Assembly: GCF_009914755.1 (NCBI RefSeq)
Contig: NC_060926.1
DNA length: 64,000 nt
From: the human T2T-CHM13v2.0 reference genome, Homo sapiens
Strand: one strand, 5' to 3'
The notes under the pieces are model-generated. The model saw only the letters and a program-made list of their open reading frames with translations. It was not told the DNA's origin and searched no databases. This document shows positions 45,071 to 58,806 of the stretch, one piece after another; the first letter of the stretch is position 1; the number at the start of each line of letters is the position of its first letter. The position numbers were made by a program, and so were the translations under genes.

Positions 45071-48000
45071 ATTTTCCTTCCAAGCCCTAGTGATGTGGAG
45101 GAAATGTTACGGACATGCTCCACATGCTCCTAAGGTGACTTTGTTGGTATGGAATATTTCTAGTTTACAAGAGAACAGAATAAGAAACTCCAGAACACCC
45201 CATCTGCAGAGTCGCCAGAGGGGCCCTATCCTGCACCTGTAGTTGGGGCTTTCAGCAAGGTGTTCTCAGTGGGCGTCTGTTTGCTCAGAGGCCTTCCCAG
45301 ACCCTGCCGCAGAACTCACTAGCAGCCTCCTTTCCATAGGCTCCTTCGTGGGGTTGCCTGTGGTTTTCTGTCATCTGCCTTGTCTTTCTCTCTTTCCCTC
45401 CATCTCTGATGGCTTCTGTGTCCTGTGTGGTCCCTGGGTATGGCTGTGACCTTCATTTCCTTTGTAGTCCCCTGTGTCCTGCTCAGTCGGCGGGTCCAAG
45501 CCTCCGACTCTGCCCTGTGTGCAGAGCCTCCAGGCTCCCGGCCTCCAGCCTTGCTCTTCTAGGCACCGCCGACCTTTTCCACCTGGAGATGCCACAGCCT
45601 CTTAAAGTGAGCTTGTCCCAGCAGCCTGCCCCACCCCTACCTGGCCAAGCTGGAGGCCTCTTTTCTCCTGGTGTCCCTGCACTCCGGTTGGTTCACCTGC
45701 TCACAGGCTCTATTTCTTGCTGCCCCTCCTCACCCCTCATGCCCACTCCATGACCAGGTCCTTTAGGGCCGGCTGAGCACAGAAGAAAAACACAGGGCCC
45801 TGAGTTCACAGGACAAGAGAAAAGCTTTTCCCCTAAGTGCGGCCTCTCAGCCTGTCATGGGGTTTCCTATGTGCTGTTTCATGTCACTCCTCCTTGGGCC
45901 CTGGGTGCTGTTGGGATAGTGCAGACCTCGCAGTGGCCCGGGGCCCACCCACACTGGCACCCGGGCTGCTGCTGGGGACAAAGGGGCAGCAGCAGCAGCT
46001 AAGTGGCTGTGGGGACCTGGGTGGGACCCTGTGAGCTGGAGCTCCAGGCTGAAGCAGCCGTGCTCAGGGACTCTCAGTTCTCTCCCCTGTCCCTCAGCAC
46101 AGACCTTATTTTATATCAGGTACGGCTCTGGCTTCACACGTCTTCCTTCCGGCGGCCTCTGCATGGCTGCAAGATGCACGGTCCTGAAATGATGCTTTAG
46201 TTTTGCCTCTTCTGCACTTAAAAACTCATTTTGCAAAGTGAAAATTTTGCTGGCCTTGTATTTGAAGCCTTTCACAGACAGACCCCAGCCCCACTCTCCC
46301 ACAGGCCTCCCTGATCTGTGACCTAGAACCCACAGGTACATGGCCTGGGCTTTGGGCCTTGGCCCCTTGCCTGTGTGCAGGCTGTTTCCCGGATCTCTCT
46401 GTCTCCAGGCACACATCCAGGTATCTCAGCCGCCACAGGCCAGCAGTCCCACCTCTCTCTCTCTTATCTCTCTCTCCCCCTGGCTACCCCAGGCCACCCT
46501 TGCTGTCTCCTGCTAGGGTCTCCCCTCCCTGGTTTGGAAGTTGCTCTCCTCCTCTTTCAGTTTTGAGGTCTCTGAAAGTGTGATCTGGGACCATGCCGGG
46601 CCTCTCACAGCATGGCCTTCGTTTGGGACGTTTGTGTCAGGAGGCAAGTGTCTGCCCACTTCTCCAGCCCGTCAGCAGCATGGGAAACGCTGCGCCTTGC
46701 ATGGAGAGCCACGTACAGCCCAGGGGCACAGCCAAGCGGTGAAAGGAGCATTGGTAGGAAATGAGCTTTGGGAAGTGGGTATAAATGCTGCTCAGCTGAT
46801 CTCTTGGGTTATTTAAATGGGGCATAGTGCCCTCCCTCCAGGGAGAATTATGTCCTGTGTTGCTAAGCCTCCTACCAATGAGTCTGACACATCTGAAATC
46901 AATACAAGGACCCGTGGCATCATAAAAAAACTGGTGGAGAAGCAAATGTTTTAATTAAAGTAACCTGTAATATGTCCAAAGGAAACGGGACACAGGCACA
47001 GAACCTAGGCCACATTGTATTTGCCTTGGAGCCTGGCTGGGTCTCGTGACAGCACAGCTGGCAGGAGGCACACAGCCTCCCCTCGAGGCGATCTCGGCCA
47101 CTTTCTCATCTTGACAGATCAGCATATGGACGCACTTACAGCTTGTAGATGAACACGGGGAAGAAAACAACCCTTCTCTTCCCTCCCTTGTTTCCCAAGC
47201 CACCTGTGGACTGCAGAGTGAGGATGCGGCCCCCACCTTGCCTCCAGTGCTGCCTCCCAGGTCCATCTCGGCAGCGTCTGGACCCCCTCGGAGGGGAGCG
47301 ATGGATAATGAAACTCCCTAGGAGTGTGTCTCGGCTGCTTTGGGCTTTCCACTCTCTGTTTGAGATTTTGTGAAGGGACACCTAATTGCCCGAACTTAAT
47401 TGTACTTTTTAGTACAATTACTAAATGTAGTACAATTACAATTACACAGTACTTTTTCTCTTTGTCCCTGGGGCGCGTTCTTGTTCCTCACATGTCTGGG
47501 TAGCTGGTGGGTGGTCAGCATGGCTGCTTTCTCCTTCCCCTCCCAGCAGTCAGCAGTGATTATTCTTTAAAAATTGAGAATTCCTTTTTCAGAGCATAGA
47601 GGGTGAGGCGTCAGCCCGGCCCCAGGAACCTGGGTCCTGGGAAAACAGCCAGCACACAGCCTTGGGTGAGCACCTTCTCTCCCTGAGCCTCAGTTTCCCC
47701 ATCTGGAAACGCCACGGCCTTCCCGTGGGGCTGTCGACAGCCCTTCCCATACTATGGAGCTCTTAGGATCATACACACATTTAAGCAAAGGGGGTCGAGA
47801 GCCCCATTCCCGGGAAAGGGCCCAACTTTAAGTGTTGCAGAATTTATGGACTGAACAACTGCTTGGCTGATTAGCACAGTTTTGTCCCGATAGTAATGTT
47901 TTAGAGTGTAGGTGTCATGGAAGGAATGCAAACACAATGGGAGCTGGTCTTGTGCCTGAGGATAACACTTGTGCCTAACAAGGTAACACTTGGGCCTGAG

Positions 48001-49494
48001 GATACTGGCCTGGCCATGGTCCTACAGTGATTGGAGGGGAAGAGGCTCCAAAGGCTACAGAAGCTCCGTCGAGCCTGGAACACTGGTGGCCCTGCACGGT
48101 GCCCTGGGCCTGTCCGTGTCCTCAGCAGTCAAGGAGCACTGTCCACTCATTGAGTGACATCCTCATTGAGGATGCCTTGCCCGCAAGAAGGACCCTGCAG
48201 AGAGCCAGGAGCCTCTTCAGAGAGCCCCAGGGCAGCATCAGGATGAGGCAGGCTGTGTGGCTGTAATTAAGAGGCTACAGGTGGCTCTCTCAGGTGGACG
48301 CAGCAGACAGTGGCGCAGATGCGGCGGAGCTTGCTAGTCCTTATGCTGCCCTGTTGTGAGACGGATGGCCTTGGGAGGGTGTTTCCGCGTCCCTACGAGC
48401 GCATCACCTGTGGTCAGGCGATCACTGTATCCCTGGCCATGACATATTCTTTAAGTCGCTTCTTAGTTCCTAAGTCCCACCGCTCCCCATTGCCTCCTGA
48501 ATGCAGTTGCTCTGATCCCAGGGCATGCATTTGGAGCCCTCTGGGACTGCTCCATGTGGTTCGTCCAGCTCTCTGGAACACTGTTCTCCACTTTCCCTTT
48601 GCACGACAAGCATCGTGGCCCTGTCTCTGTGCACCCCATGTGAGTGTCCTGGCCCTGTGTCTCTGTGCACCCTGCACTTCCACCCCCTGGGCCTGGAGCC
48701 CCATCTTCTCTCCATGGGTATGCTCTGCCCAGCCCACAGAACCCACATACCTTTCACACCCTCGGTCCATCCATTCCTGCCCTTTGTCTCATGCACGCCT
48801 CGACTCTGAAGCGGTTTGCTCTCTTGTGTGGGTGCCTCGCTACCTACCCCTGGGCCCTTCTTGTTCCCTGTGCGGCCTGGCAGCCCTTGATGGCAGGGCT
48901 GATGTGTGTGCTGTTGTGGCCCCAAGGCCTCCCAGCAGAGCATCTGCACGGTGCTCCAGTGTGAAGCATTTGTGGGCTTGAAGGGGCTCTGAGTGTGAAA
49001 ACCCGAGTAGTTTATATCTTTGAGACGTCAGGAGGCCATTCGAAAAATGCCTGGATTTGCACCTCCTGCCCACTGGCTGTCATGAACAGTCTCAGACAAG
49101 GCGAAGAGGGTAAGGAGAATCCAGTGAAGGTCTGTCTCTTCTCCATTTAGATTCAGCCATTAACTCTGCCACATCTGCTCTTTCCTTTTATCTGTCTGTA
49201 TGTCTGTCTGTCTGTCTTGGGTGAACCATGAAACTTACTTTGCTTATGCCCTGTTGCTTCATTCCTAGATAATTTAGCAGACACCTCTGCAGAATAAGGG
49301 CACTCTTCTGTGATCCTGTTATCTCACCTAAGAGAGTTAGCAGGAATCTCCTTATCTTATCTTTTAAATCATTATCAATACCAGTTCACATTCAGGTTTT
49401 CCTGATTGTCCCTTAAAAATCTGCTGTAGTTTTTGTTAAAACTGGGTTCACTTGTGGCTTTTGTTATGCCCCTCCAATCTCCCTTATTCTAGAC

Positions 49495-49685
49495 TAGTTT
49501 CTCAACATTGTACATATATTTGTGTGCAATGTACAATGTACACATAAATGGGTGTGTTCAGCAGCGTCCCTGGCCTCCATCCTCCAGGTGCCGGCAGCGC
49601 CACCTACTCCACCACCAGGTGTGACAACCCACACATTGCCAGGGACCTGCTGGCAGGCAGGATGCCCCATTGGAGAACTGTTCTA
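49495..49685. mobile_element. MER20-like fragment within old L1M sequence
   Basis: TTTCTCAAC...TTCAGCAGCGTCCCTGGCCTCCA...GTGACAACC...ACATTGCCA...GAGAACTG. Confidence 0.6.
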
Positions 49686-49902
49686 GCAGTCTCTTACTTT
49701 GCTTTTGAAGGTATTGACCCTTTGAAGAGACCAAGCCAATTATTTTGTCAAATGTCCTGCATTCTAGATTTATTGGGTCATTTCTTGATGGTGCCATTGA
49801 ACTTGTTTCTTGATTCCCTGTATTTTCTGTAGCGTGGAAGTGGGGGCTAAACTAAAGGCTTTTTTGTGTTCCAGGGAAATAATTTTAGAAGTCTGCCTTT
49901 TA

Positions 49903-50233
<331 letters not shown>

Positions 50234-50252
50234 TAGAGCAACTTATGTGACT

Positions 50253-50538
50253 TTTTTTTTTTTTTTTTTAAACTGAGTCTTGCCATGTCGTCCAGGCTGG
50301 AGTGCAGTGGCTCAATCTCAGCTCAAGAGATTCTCCTGCCGCAGCCTTCTGAGTAGCTGGGACTACAGGCATGCATCACCATGCCTAGATAATTTTTTGT
50401 TTTTGTTTTTTGTATTTTTAGTAGAGACAGGGTTTCACCATGTTGGCCAGGCTGGTCTTGAACTCCTGACCTCAAGTGATCCACCTGCATCCACCTCCCA
50501 AAGTGCTGGGATTACAGGTGAACCACTGTGCCCCGCCC
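50253..50538 (-). mobile_element. AluS with ~25-bp internal deletion
   Basis: TSD AACTTATGTGACT on both sides; lacks the CTGCAACCTCCGCCTCC segment. Confidence 0.88.
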
Positions 50539-51198
50539 AACTTATGTGACTCTTTATGCTCACACAGAAACTACATTCTAGGGGTGCAGAGGGTATATTC
50601 ATCAGATGGGAGAAGGCCACGGTGAGAATCACATGGCTCAGTCTGTTGGTGTCAGGGTCTGCACCGTATCTGCCCTAGATCTCTGGGCAGAGGTGTTGTT
50701 TCGGGGCAGTGCACTTTGCTCACTGGCAGGAAGGCAGCCCCGCTCTGTGCAGCCTTCCCCAGCAGCCTCCCTGAAGCAGCGGGGGGATCAGAGACAGGGA
50801 AGCACACTGTGTGTGTAAAATACTCTTGAGCCTAAAGTTGGAGTTTTCTCCTTTCCGCTTCCTGTTTTTTCATAGAAACCAACTGAAGGGTTATGAATTA
50901 TTTGTTGACTTAAAAAAGTAGATGTGTGTTTTTCTGAGCTCTTTGTAACATTGAGATTTACCATGTTTACTCCAAAAGTGTTTCAAGGCCAAGTAGTAGT
51001 TGGAGACTAACCTGGTGAACTGTCACTTGTACCCTGAGATGCCTTTCCAGCCTCCGCGGTGGGCATTGTATGACCTGCACGTGAATGGATGGGTGACCCA
51101 AGCCACCCCTCTCTCCCTGGAGGTTTTGCTTGGTGTAGAATGTTATTCTGGGGACACAGCACTATATTTTTAACTATGGTCGAGATTAGAGGAGGCTG

Positions 51199-51507
51199 GG
51201 CCGGGCACGGTGGCTCACGCCTGTAATCCCAGCACTTTGGGAGGCTGAAGTGGGCAGATCATGAGGTCAGGAGATTGAGACCATCCTGGCTAACATGGTG
51301 AAACCCTGTCTCTACTAAAAAATACCAAAAATTTGCCGGGCTTGGTGGAGGGCACCTGTAGTCCCAGCTACTCAGGAGGCTGAGGCAGGAGAGTGGCGTG
51401 AACCTGGGAGGCAGAGCATGCAGTTAACCAACATCGTGCCACCGCACTCCAGCCTGGGCGACAGAGTGAGACTCCGTCTCAAAAAAAAAAAAAAAAAAAA
51501 AAAAAGA
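51199..51507 (+). mobile_element. AluY-like element inserted at the head of an AluJ
   Basis: TSD ATTAGAGGAGGCTG at 51185-51198 and 51508-51521; 26-A tail. Confidence 0.9.
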
Positions 51508-51516
51508 ATTAGAGGA

Positions 51517-51800
51517 GGCTGAGTGTGGTGGCTCACACCTATAATCCCAGCAGTTTGGGAGGTCAAGGAGGGAGGATAGCTTGAGGCTGGAGTTCAAGAC
51601 CAGCCTGGGAAACATAAGTAAGACCCTGTCTCTACAAAAAAAAAATTTTTTTTAAATTAGCTGGGCATATTAGTGTATGCTTATAATTCCAGCTACTCAG
51701 GAGACTGAGGTCAAAGAATTGCTTAAGCCCAGGAGTTCAAGGTTACAGTGAGCTATGATTGTGCCACTGCACTCCAGCCTGGGTGACAAGAGAGAGACAC
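51517..51800 (+). mobile_element. AluJ
   Basis: GGAGGATAGCTTGAG...GAGTTCAAGACCAGCCTGGG...GTGAGCTATGATTGTGCCACTGCAC. Confidence 0.85.
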
Positions 51801-53224
51801 TATTAGTTACTTAACTCTGGCATTTGCTATTTCTGCACTAATTGTCAAAGTTGACTGAGCATTCTCAGTGCCCCTTCTGCCCAGTCATGGGCCATAAGCT
51901 TGTGTTTGGGATAGCATGTCTCTGTGTCATGTGTGGCTTGTTATGGTTGCCTGGAATGAACTTCAACACACCTCTGTTTGGCTGAGCGCTGCATTTGCAG
52001 GAGGTGAGAACCACTCAGGGCCTGAGGCAGAACCTGACCATGCTCATTTGGAGGAGAGGGCCTGGGGAGCTTAGTGCGCTCAAGAAGAAGGCAGATAGGG
52101 CTGTGTGTGCTGTAGAGGATGATAAACTGGGGGTGAGGGTGCAATGACGACACAGTGCCACATTTTAGAACTATGCTCTCATCTTGTGCAAACAGGTCTG
52201 TTTACAGCAGTTCATTTTTATGAGTTACAATTATTATTTCTGGATAATTTTGGTGTATGGTAATCATTAGAGTAAGCTGTGTGTCTGATTAAAGAATTTG
52301 TCTCTAATTTATGCCAATTTAAAGATGTCTTCTGTGTTCTCTTTGTCTCTGGGGGAGGGAAGCAGGTTGCTATGGAGACAACATAAGAAAAAGTGACAGG
52401 CAAGAAGGCTTGGCAGTTTCGATTTTGAAAATATTTGTGATGTAGGTAATTATATATGTAATAATGTTATGCAGCAGAACCATCTGCCTTTGGAGAGATG
52501 CATGTCATGGAATTTCATGGTAAAACAGTGTTTCTCTTAGGAACAAAATGTTATTTGTGTGCTATTAAGATATTGAAATTGTGGAAAATAAAGATGCAAT
52601 GGAGCCCTAAGATTGTTTCCAGGGGTGCAGTTGCTGTATGATGTAAGGTGCCACCTATAGAATTTGGAAAGCTATTTTCACATGGAAACAAAACATTTGT
52701 ATAGGAAGACTTACCTGAGACTGAATTATTTTATGTTGTAAATTGCTAAAATCAACTGTATTCAGGTTTATAACTGATTTTGATCAGTTTAAATGGCACA
52801 ATTTTCTTTTTTAAAAAAAATTAAACTATACCTCATATTGTTTGGGGACCAATTTAACAAATTGGCCTATGGCAGTTTCCCTGTATCATCATTTTCCCAG
52901 GGATCTTGGCTTAGTTTTGCTCTAATCTGGAATTCCTTCTTTTACTCTTACACAGTTGAGCATTCCCCCTCCCCCATTTTTAAATTCTGGTGAGATTTAA
53001 AAGAAGAAGAAACTTTAGCATGCGATTTGTTAAATTCAACAATTCTGCAAATATTTACGGAATGCCTGTGCTGGGCACAGTGCTGGGCCCTCAGACACAC
53101 ATGCTGCTGCCCCCATGGGCTCAGAGTCTGAGCTTAAGCTCTGCTGAGACAGCATGCAACTGCCCTGTGGCACCTACCTGGCTCTGCTGGCAGAGCAAAG
53201 CTGAGGTTTTAGTTCACATCTTCA

Positions 53225-53678
53225 TGTGATGGATTCGATATGGTTGCAGAATTGCAGATCCACAGACACTCCTGCCACCTGCAGGTGGGGCATATCCCTT
53301 CCCTTAAACCTGGGCTCCATGGCTGCTTTGACCAATCAAATACAGCAGAAGTTTCCCATGCTCGGTCTTCAGGGATGGGCAGCTTATGCTTCCTGTATCT
53401 TGGAACACTTGCTGTCTAGGAGCCCAGCCATCATGTGAGGAAGCCCAAGAAGCCCTGTGGAGAAGGGCAAAGGCTCCCAGTAACAGTTACAGCTAAGCTC
53501 CATGTGATTGAGCTTTCTTGGAAGTGGAGCCACCAGCACCAACCGACCCACCTGCAGCAGAGCTGTTCCCACCAAGCTCTGTTCAAGTTGCATATTTGTA
53601 AGCAGTCATTTGACTTTACTGTTTTAATACACTAAGTTTGGAGCAAGTTTGTTATGTAACAATAGATAACCAGAATAC
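53225..53678 (+). mobile_element. MLT1 (G/H-like) MaLR LTR
   Basis: GCTTTGACCAAT...GCCATCATGTGAGGAAGCCCAAG...CTAAGTTTGG...TTTGTTATGTAACAATAGATAACCAGAATAC. Confidence 0.7.
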
Positions 53679-54320
53679 TGTTTTTTCTGTAATCCTGTAC
53701 TGTTGCTGTGGGAATATGCCAGTGTCTAATTTCCTTGTCAGAGGAAGTGAGGTCAAGGGAATCTTGCCCTAGAAATACATGTGTTGAGCAGATGTCTCAA
53801 GCATGAGATACTTAAGCATCTCCAGGAAAAGGCAAATTCAGGTTCATTCTCTCTTACTGGCCTGCTAGAGAAGATCCTTAAAGAGGGCCAGTGTGGGCAT
53901 CTGGAGAAGGACTGTAGGATCCAGGCCATCAGACAGAGGTGTCTTTGGCCATGGGCAGGTGGGGTTCATGTTCACAGAGGCCCGACATCAACACGGACAT
54001 ATGGACCCAGAGTGGCAGTGCTGGCCCCAGCACCTGTAGACCCACACCAACTTTCCGTGGCAGCCAGTACCTTAAACAAAACCCACAAATGTTGCCCAAC
54101 TTTTTCTACTGTTGCCACTGGGAAGTGGGTCCAAACCCTCTGTGCTGTGGTCTGCCTGGGCATCATAGTTGTGTACCTGAGGCTGGTGGTCTCATATGCC
54201 GTGGCATCAACACCTGTTTATGGGCTGTAGGAAAACTGAGAGGTCATCACATTCAGAGATTCCCTTGTGCCAGGTCCTGCGCGGGTGATTTTGGTGACCA
54301 TGACTGAGTTTTCTTGGCTC

Positions 54321-54502
54321 CAGTGGTGTGCTGGCAAACGTTTAACAGTTGGCTTCCTAGGAAGATGCCCTGAGTGATAGTGTTTGTCCATTTCCAGGGT
54401 GTAAACACTCCCACCTGGCCGATTCCAAGCTGCTTATGTGATGCCATGGGTTGGGAGAGCTGCAAACACTCCTGAGCTGGGAGAGCAGGCCTGGGTACAG
54501 CA
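54321..54502. mobile_element. hAT (MER63-like) fragment
   Basis: Begins CAGTGGTGTGCTGG; contains GGTGTAAACACTCCCACCTGGCCGATT. Confidence 0.55.
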
Positions 54503-54600
54503 AGGGAGGCGAGAACTGTGCAGTGTGTTATCTGAGGAAAGTTCCTAGCTCTCATGGGGAAGATTTTCCTTCCTTTTGAGTTTCCTATCCACTCCCTGCT

Positions 54601-54740
54601 GTGTAGGTGGGGAGGAAAGGGAGAAACGCTGTGAATCAGTCGACTGCTCCTCTGGCAAGCAGGACCCATTTCTAAAGCATGAGTCACTACAAAATGTAGC
54701 TTTTTAGATGGAAAAATCTATTTACAAACCCTAGGTGAGA
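54601..54740 (+). repeat. Copy 1 of a ~140-bp local direct duplication
   Basis: Aligns with 55717-55854; shared core TTTCTAAAGCATGAGTCACTACAAAATGTAGCTTTT. Confidence 0.9.
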
Positions 54741-54809
54741 GTAAATGGTTTGTTCACCTCCTGTGCTTACTTGGTAGAATGACAAATTGGACACTCCAGT
54801 ATTCCAAGA

Positions 54810-55320
54810 TTTATTATTGTGACAAAACATATATTACATAAATTTTACCATTTTTAAGTCTACAGTTCAGTGGCATTAAGTACGTCCCCCCTGTTTTGTA
54901 ACCACTGCCACTATTTCTGAGCAACACCTTTCCAAACTGTGTCCCCATTAAACACGAACTCCTCCACGCTCAGCCCCCCCAGTAACCTCTGTTATACTTT
55001 CTGTCTCTGTGAATGACTATTCTAGGGACCGCAGAGTCAAACAGTATTTGTCCTTTTGTGTCTGGCTTATTTCATTTAGCACAGGGTCCTCAGGATTCAT
55101 CGACATAGCCGCATGCGTCACAATCTCCTTCCTCCTTCATGCTGAATAATATTCCATTGTATGGCTAGACCACATTTTGTGTATTCATTCATCTGTTCAC
55201 AGACATTTGGGTGTTTCTGCCTTTTGGCTGTTGGGAATAATGTCACTATGCGTGTAGGTGTACAAACATCTGTTTGAGTCCTTGCTTTGAGTTTTTTTGA
55301 GTATAGACCTAAAAATGATA
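54810..55320 (-). mobile_element. L1MB-type 3' fragment
   Basis: AATTTTACCATTTTTAAG..TACAGTTCAGTGGCATTAAGTAC...TGTCTGGCTTATTTCATTTAGC...GAATAATATTCCATTGTATGG. Confidence 0.8.
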
Positions 55321-55716
55321 TTTCAAGATTTTTAATGTCACTGATCTGTGAAGTCCAAAGCGGGAAAGCCTGGTCTTTTCCGTGCTCCCTCGTTTTGTCT
55401 GTAGGCATTGAGCACAGTGAGGCTACATGTTGTTTTCAGAGTTGCCCAGCAGCCTGGAGACTGCTGGAGCTGCATCCCAGGGAGACAGTGGCTGGAGTAA
55501 CACCAACCAGACAATGAGATGGGACATCTGGGGCTTTCAAGAGCTCAGGGCAAATGGCCTAAGCAGGTGGCTCTGCAGGTGTGGATTGTGTCCAGCTCAG
55601 GGAAGTGCCTGGGCCTGGTGGGGCCTGGAGTAAGGGGAGAGGTGGGGTCTGATGAGCTTACTCCAGGTGGGAGGCCCAGGAAGGAGGTTGGGTTTTCCTC
55701 CCGGGGTTCTCTCTGG

Positions 55717-55854
55717 GTGTAGGCAGGGAGGAAAGGGAGAAATGCTGTGAATTAGTCGACTGCTTCTCTGGCAAGCACGACCTATTTCTAAAGCATGAGT
55801 CACTACAAAATGTAGCTTTTTAAATTTAAAAATCTATTTACAACCTAGGTGAGA
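55717..55854 (+). repeat. Copy 2 of a ~140-bp local direct duplication
   Basis: Aligns with 54601-54740. Confidence 0.9.
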
Positions 55855-56610
55855 AATCTTTATTTTAATTGTGAAGGAAAACACAACCCCACTTGACACG
55901 TGGTGGAATTGCTGCTGTCCTTTCCTGTCAGAGCCTCCCAGTGGGCTGGGTTTGGGGATGGATGGGGTGCACACCCGCTCTGCTCAGTTCCTTCTTCCTC
56001 CTGGCACACGGGTTGATGACAGCTCTTCAGTTGAGTCTGTTCTGCTCTGTCTGGTAGGGAGCACACCTTTTTGGTTAATATGCCCATTTATGTGTGTCTA
56101 TGGGGCCTCTGGAGAAAACGTTACTTGCAGAATTAAGCACAATTAAAGGAGAAGTGAGCCCTGCTGACCTGAAAGCAGGTGGGGGCTGCTCCTTGGCTGG
56201 GATAAAAGGCAAGGAGGCAACCCTGATAAATGGCAGCTGGCTAGGTGGTGAGGGGATGTCCTGCCATTTGCAGCAAGGCATTGGTTACAAGCCTGGATTT
56301 TGTTTAACATCTTTATTAATAATGCTGGAGGCAACAGTAAACAGCAATTTAATGAAATTCACAGAAGATGCTAAATCAGGAGGTGTTATAAACAGCAGGG
56401 AAGCCCTGGCGAGGTAAGAAGCATGGAGCGGAAGGAGTAGGGGCCGTGTCTGAGAAGAATGCAGATGGGCGCAACTGCGGTGGAGGGGGAGCCCAGTCTT
56501 CCAGGTATCCAGTAGGAGCGGATCAGCAAGCTCCGGGGCTGTCACAGAGCAGGCAGCTACGTGCTGGAGAGCACAGCAGTGGGGAGCATTAGACAGACAG
56601 ATGCACATGA

Positions 56611-56932
<322 letters not shown>

Positions 56933-58768
56933 CCTTCCCACATTTCTGTTACCTCTTTCTAGAAACCTGAATGTGAATGCCACTGAATTCAATAAATGAC
57001 TGATTGAGCACCTGCATTGGTGTAACTGGTGGGCTTTGCGGAATTCCAGGGAGATAGCGAAACTTGGAATGTAAGCTGGTGAATGGGTGGTTGGTGCGGC
57101 TTGCCGGGCAATGGTCCGAATCGAGCCTCTGGGTGGCTGTGGTTTTGTTTGGCTTCTGGATGACTTGTCAGGGTACCAGCCACTGGTGTCTGATCTGGGA
57201 TTTTCTTCCTCCTCTTCTTGACTCCTCACTTCCCTCCAACTCCATGAAATGAGGCTGCCCAGAAAAGGCTGAAGGAAGTCAGTTGGCTCGCTATGGAGGA
57301 GGGGCAGTTTTCAATTAGAGTCTGACCATGTTGTCGGGAAAGTAGGGGACTGCTTTGGCTGGTTATACGTGACTATAAATCCCAACTTGGACAGTATTTC
57401 ATTTAGAATCCTGACAAGGAAAAACAATACAAAAGTCTCAAAATGAATTTGTTAGCAACCATCCTGACTGCATTGTGAGGCTTTCCGACAGCTCCAGGGA
57501 GGTTGGCTTGAGGTAGCTTTGCCCAGCTGGCTGGAGAAATGAGATCAAGTGGAGTGGCTTGAGGAGAAGTCGGCTGACCCACACATTTGACAGATCTTTT
57601 GGGTTCATTGATCTTTGTCAATGTTTCTTCTCCAGATAGCAACCTCCCTTTTCTTGTGTTAAATGGACTCACCTGATTGTAATCACAGAACTAATTGTTG
57701 TATAATAAAGACCCATTCTCTCTTTGCCCGTGGCCCAAAGCAGCCTTCTCCCCCACCCGTCAGTTCCCTCTGCCCCTGGTATTTCCCTGCTGGAGGAGTT
57801 AGACCTCCTGGTGAGCTGGTGTGGGGTAGGTGCCATACCAGGCTGGGCACTGGAAGAACAAGGGTGGATCAGACACAGTCTTGGCTTTATGGAACTTCTG
57901 TTGGGTGGGGGAGAAAGATGATTGGAATATAGTGGATGATGAAAAGACAGATGCTGCCCACACATCCCAGGGAAGCCCTGTGCTGAGCGGTGTGCAGGTG
58001 TCGGCAGCAGGGTAGGAGTGCACTCTGAGCAGGTGGAGGATGCAGTCCTGGGAAGGCTCGGAGGAATCTGAAAGCACAGTCAAGCAGTTGCATCACTTTG
58101 GGTGCTCTGGGCTGCAAGTCATGAACACCCAGTTTTTAAACTGGGTTTAAACCACATGGGCGCGGTTGCTTATTCTCTTCCTTGGCAAGAACTCTGGAAG
58201 TAGGTGGTCCCAGGGCTGCTTCTGAGCTCAGTGATGTACTCAGGACATGGCTCTTCCTCCCTCTTTGCCCTTCCACACCCTGGTGTGTCCATAGCATAAG
58301 GCTATGTGTACGCCAAACGCAGCCCGGGCATCTTGTCCTCCAGTGATAACTGCTGGGTGACAGGAGGGACGGACCAGGGCTCCTCAAACCTCCCTCATTT
58401 TATTAGGGAAGAAAGTGTTCCCAGAAGCATCCAGGACACTTCCCCTTATATCTCACTGGTGAGGACGTGGCCCCAGGATCTGCAGGGAGCCTGGAGAAGG
58501 GCATATCTGCCATCTGAAGCCTCTATCACCTAACAGGGGGCTGGGCTCTTAAAGCAAGGAAGATGGGGGCATTGGGTGGACACCAGCTGTGTCCAACACA
58601 GCAGGCACCTTTGAGCCATGTCAGGGCAGCAAACTGTGTGTCTACACAGGCATACTAAGGTCAGGTCAAGATGGCTTCATCTGTCACGTGTCAGAGCCTG
58701 GCCTTTATCCTTTACCTTGAGTGGGGAACGTGGGGATGGTTTTAAATAGGAACGTGACGTGGTCTCAC

Positions 58769-58806
58769 TGTGGTGTGGTGTGATAGGGTGTGGTGTGGTG
58801 TGGTGG
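58769..58806. repeat. Short imperfect (TGTGG)n
   Basis: TGTGGTGTGGTGTGATAGGGTGTGGTGTGGTGTGGTGG. Confidence 0.7.

Noticed and set aside
49594-49610. CTCF-like motif (GGAGTAGGTGGCGCTGC on the minus strand) in MER20
   Set aside because: It mismatches the conserved CC at the start of the core; a motif alone is weak evidence.
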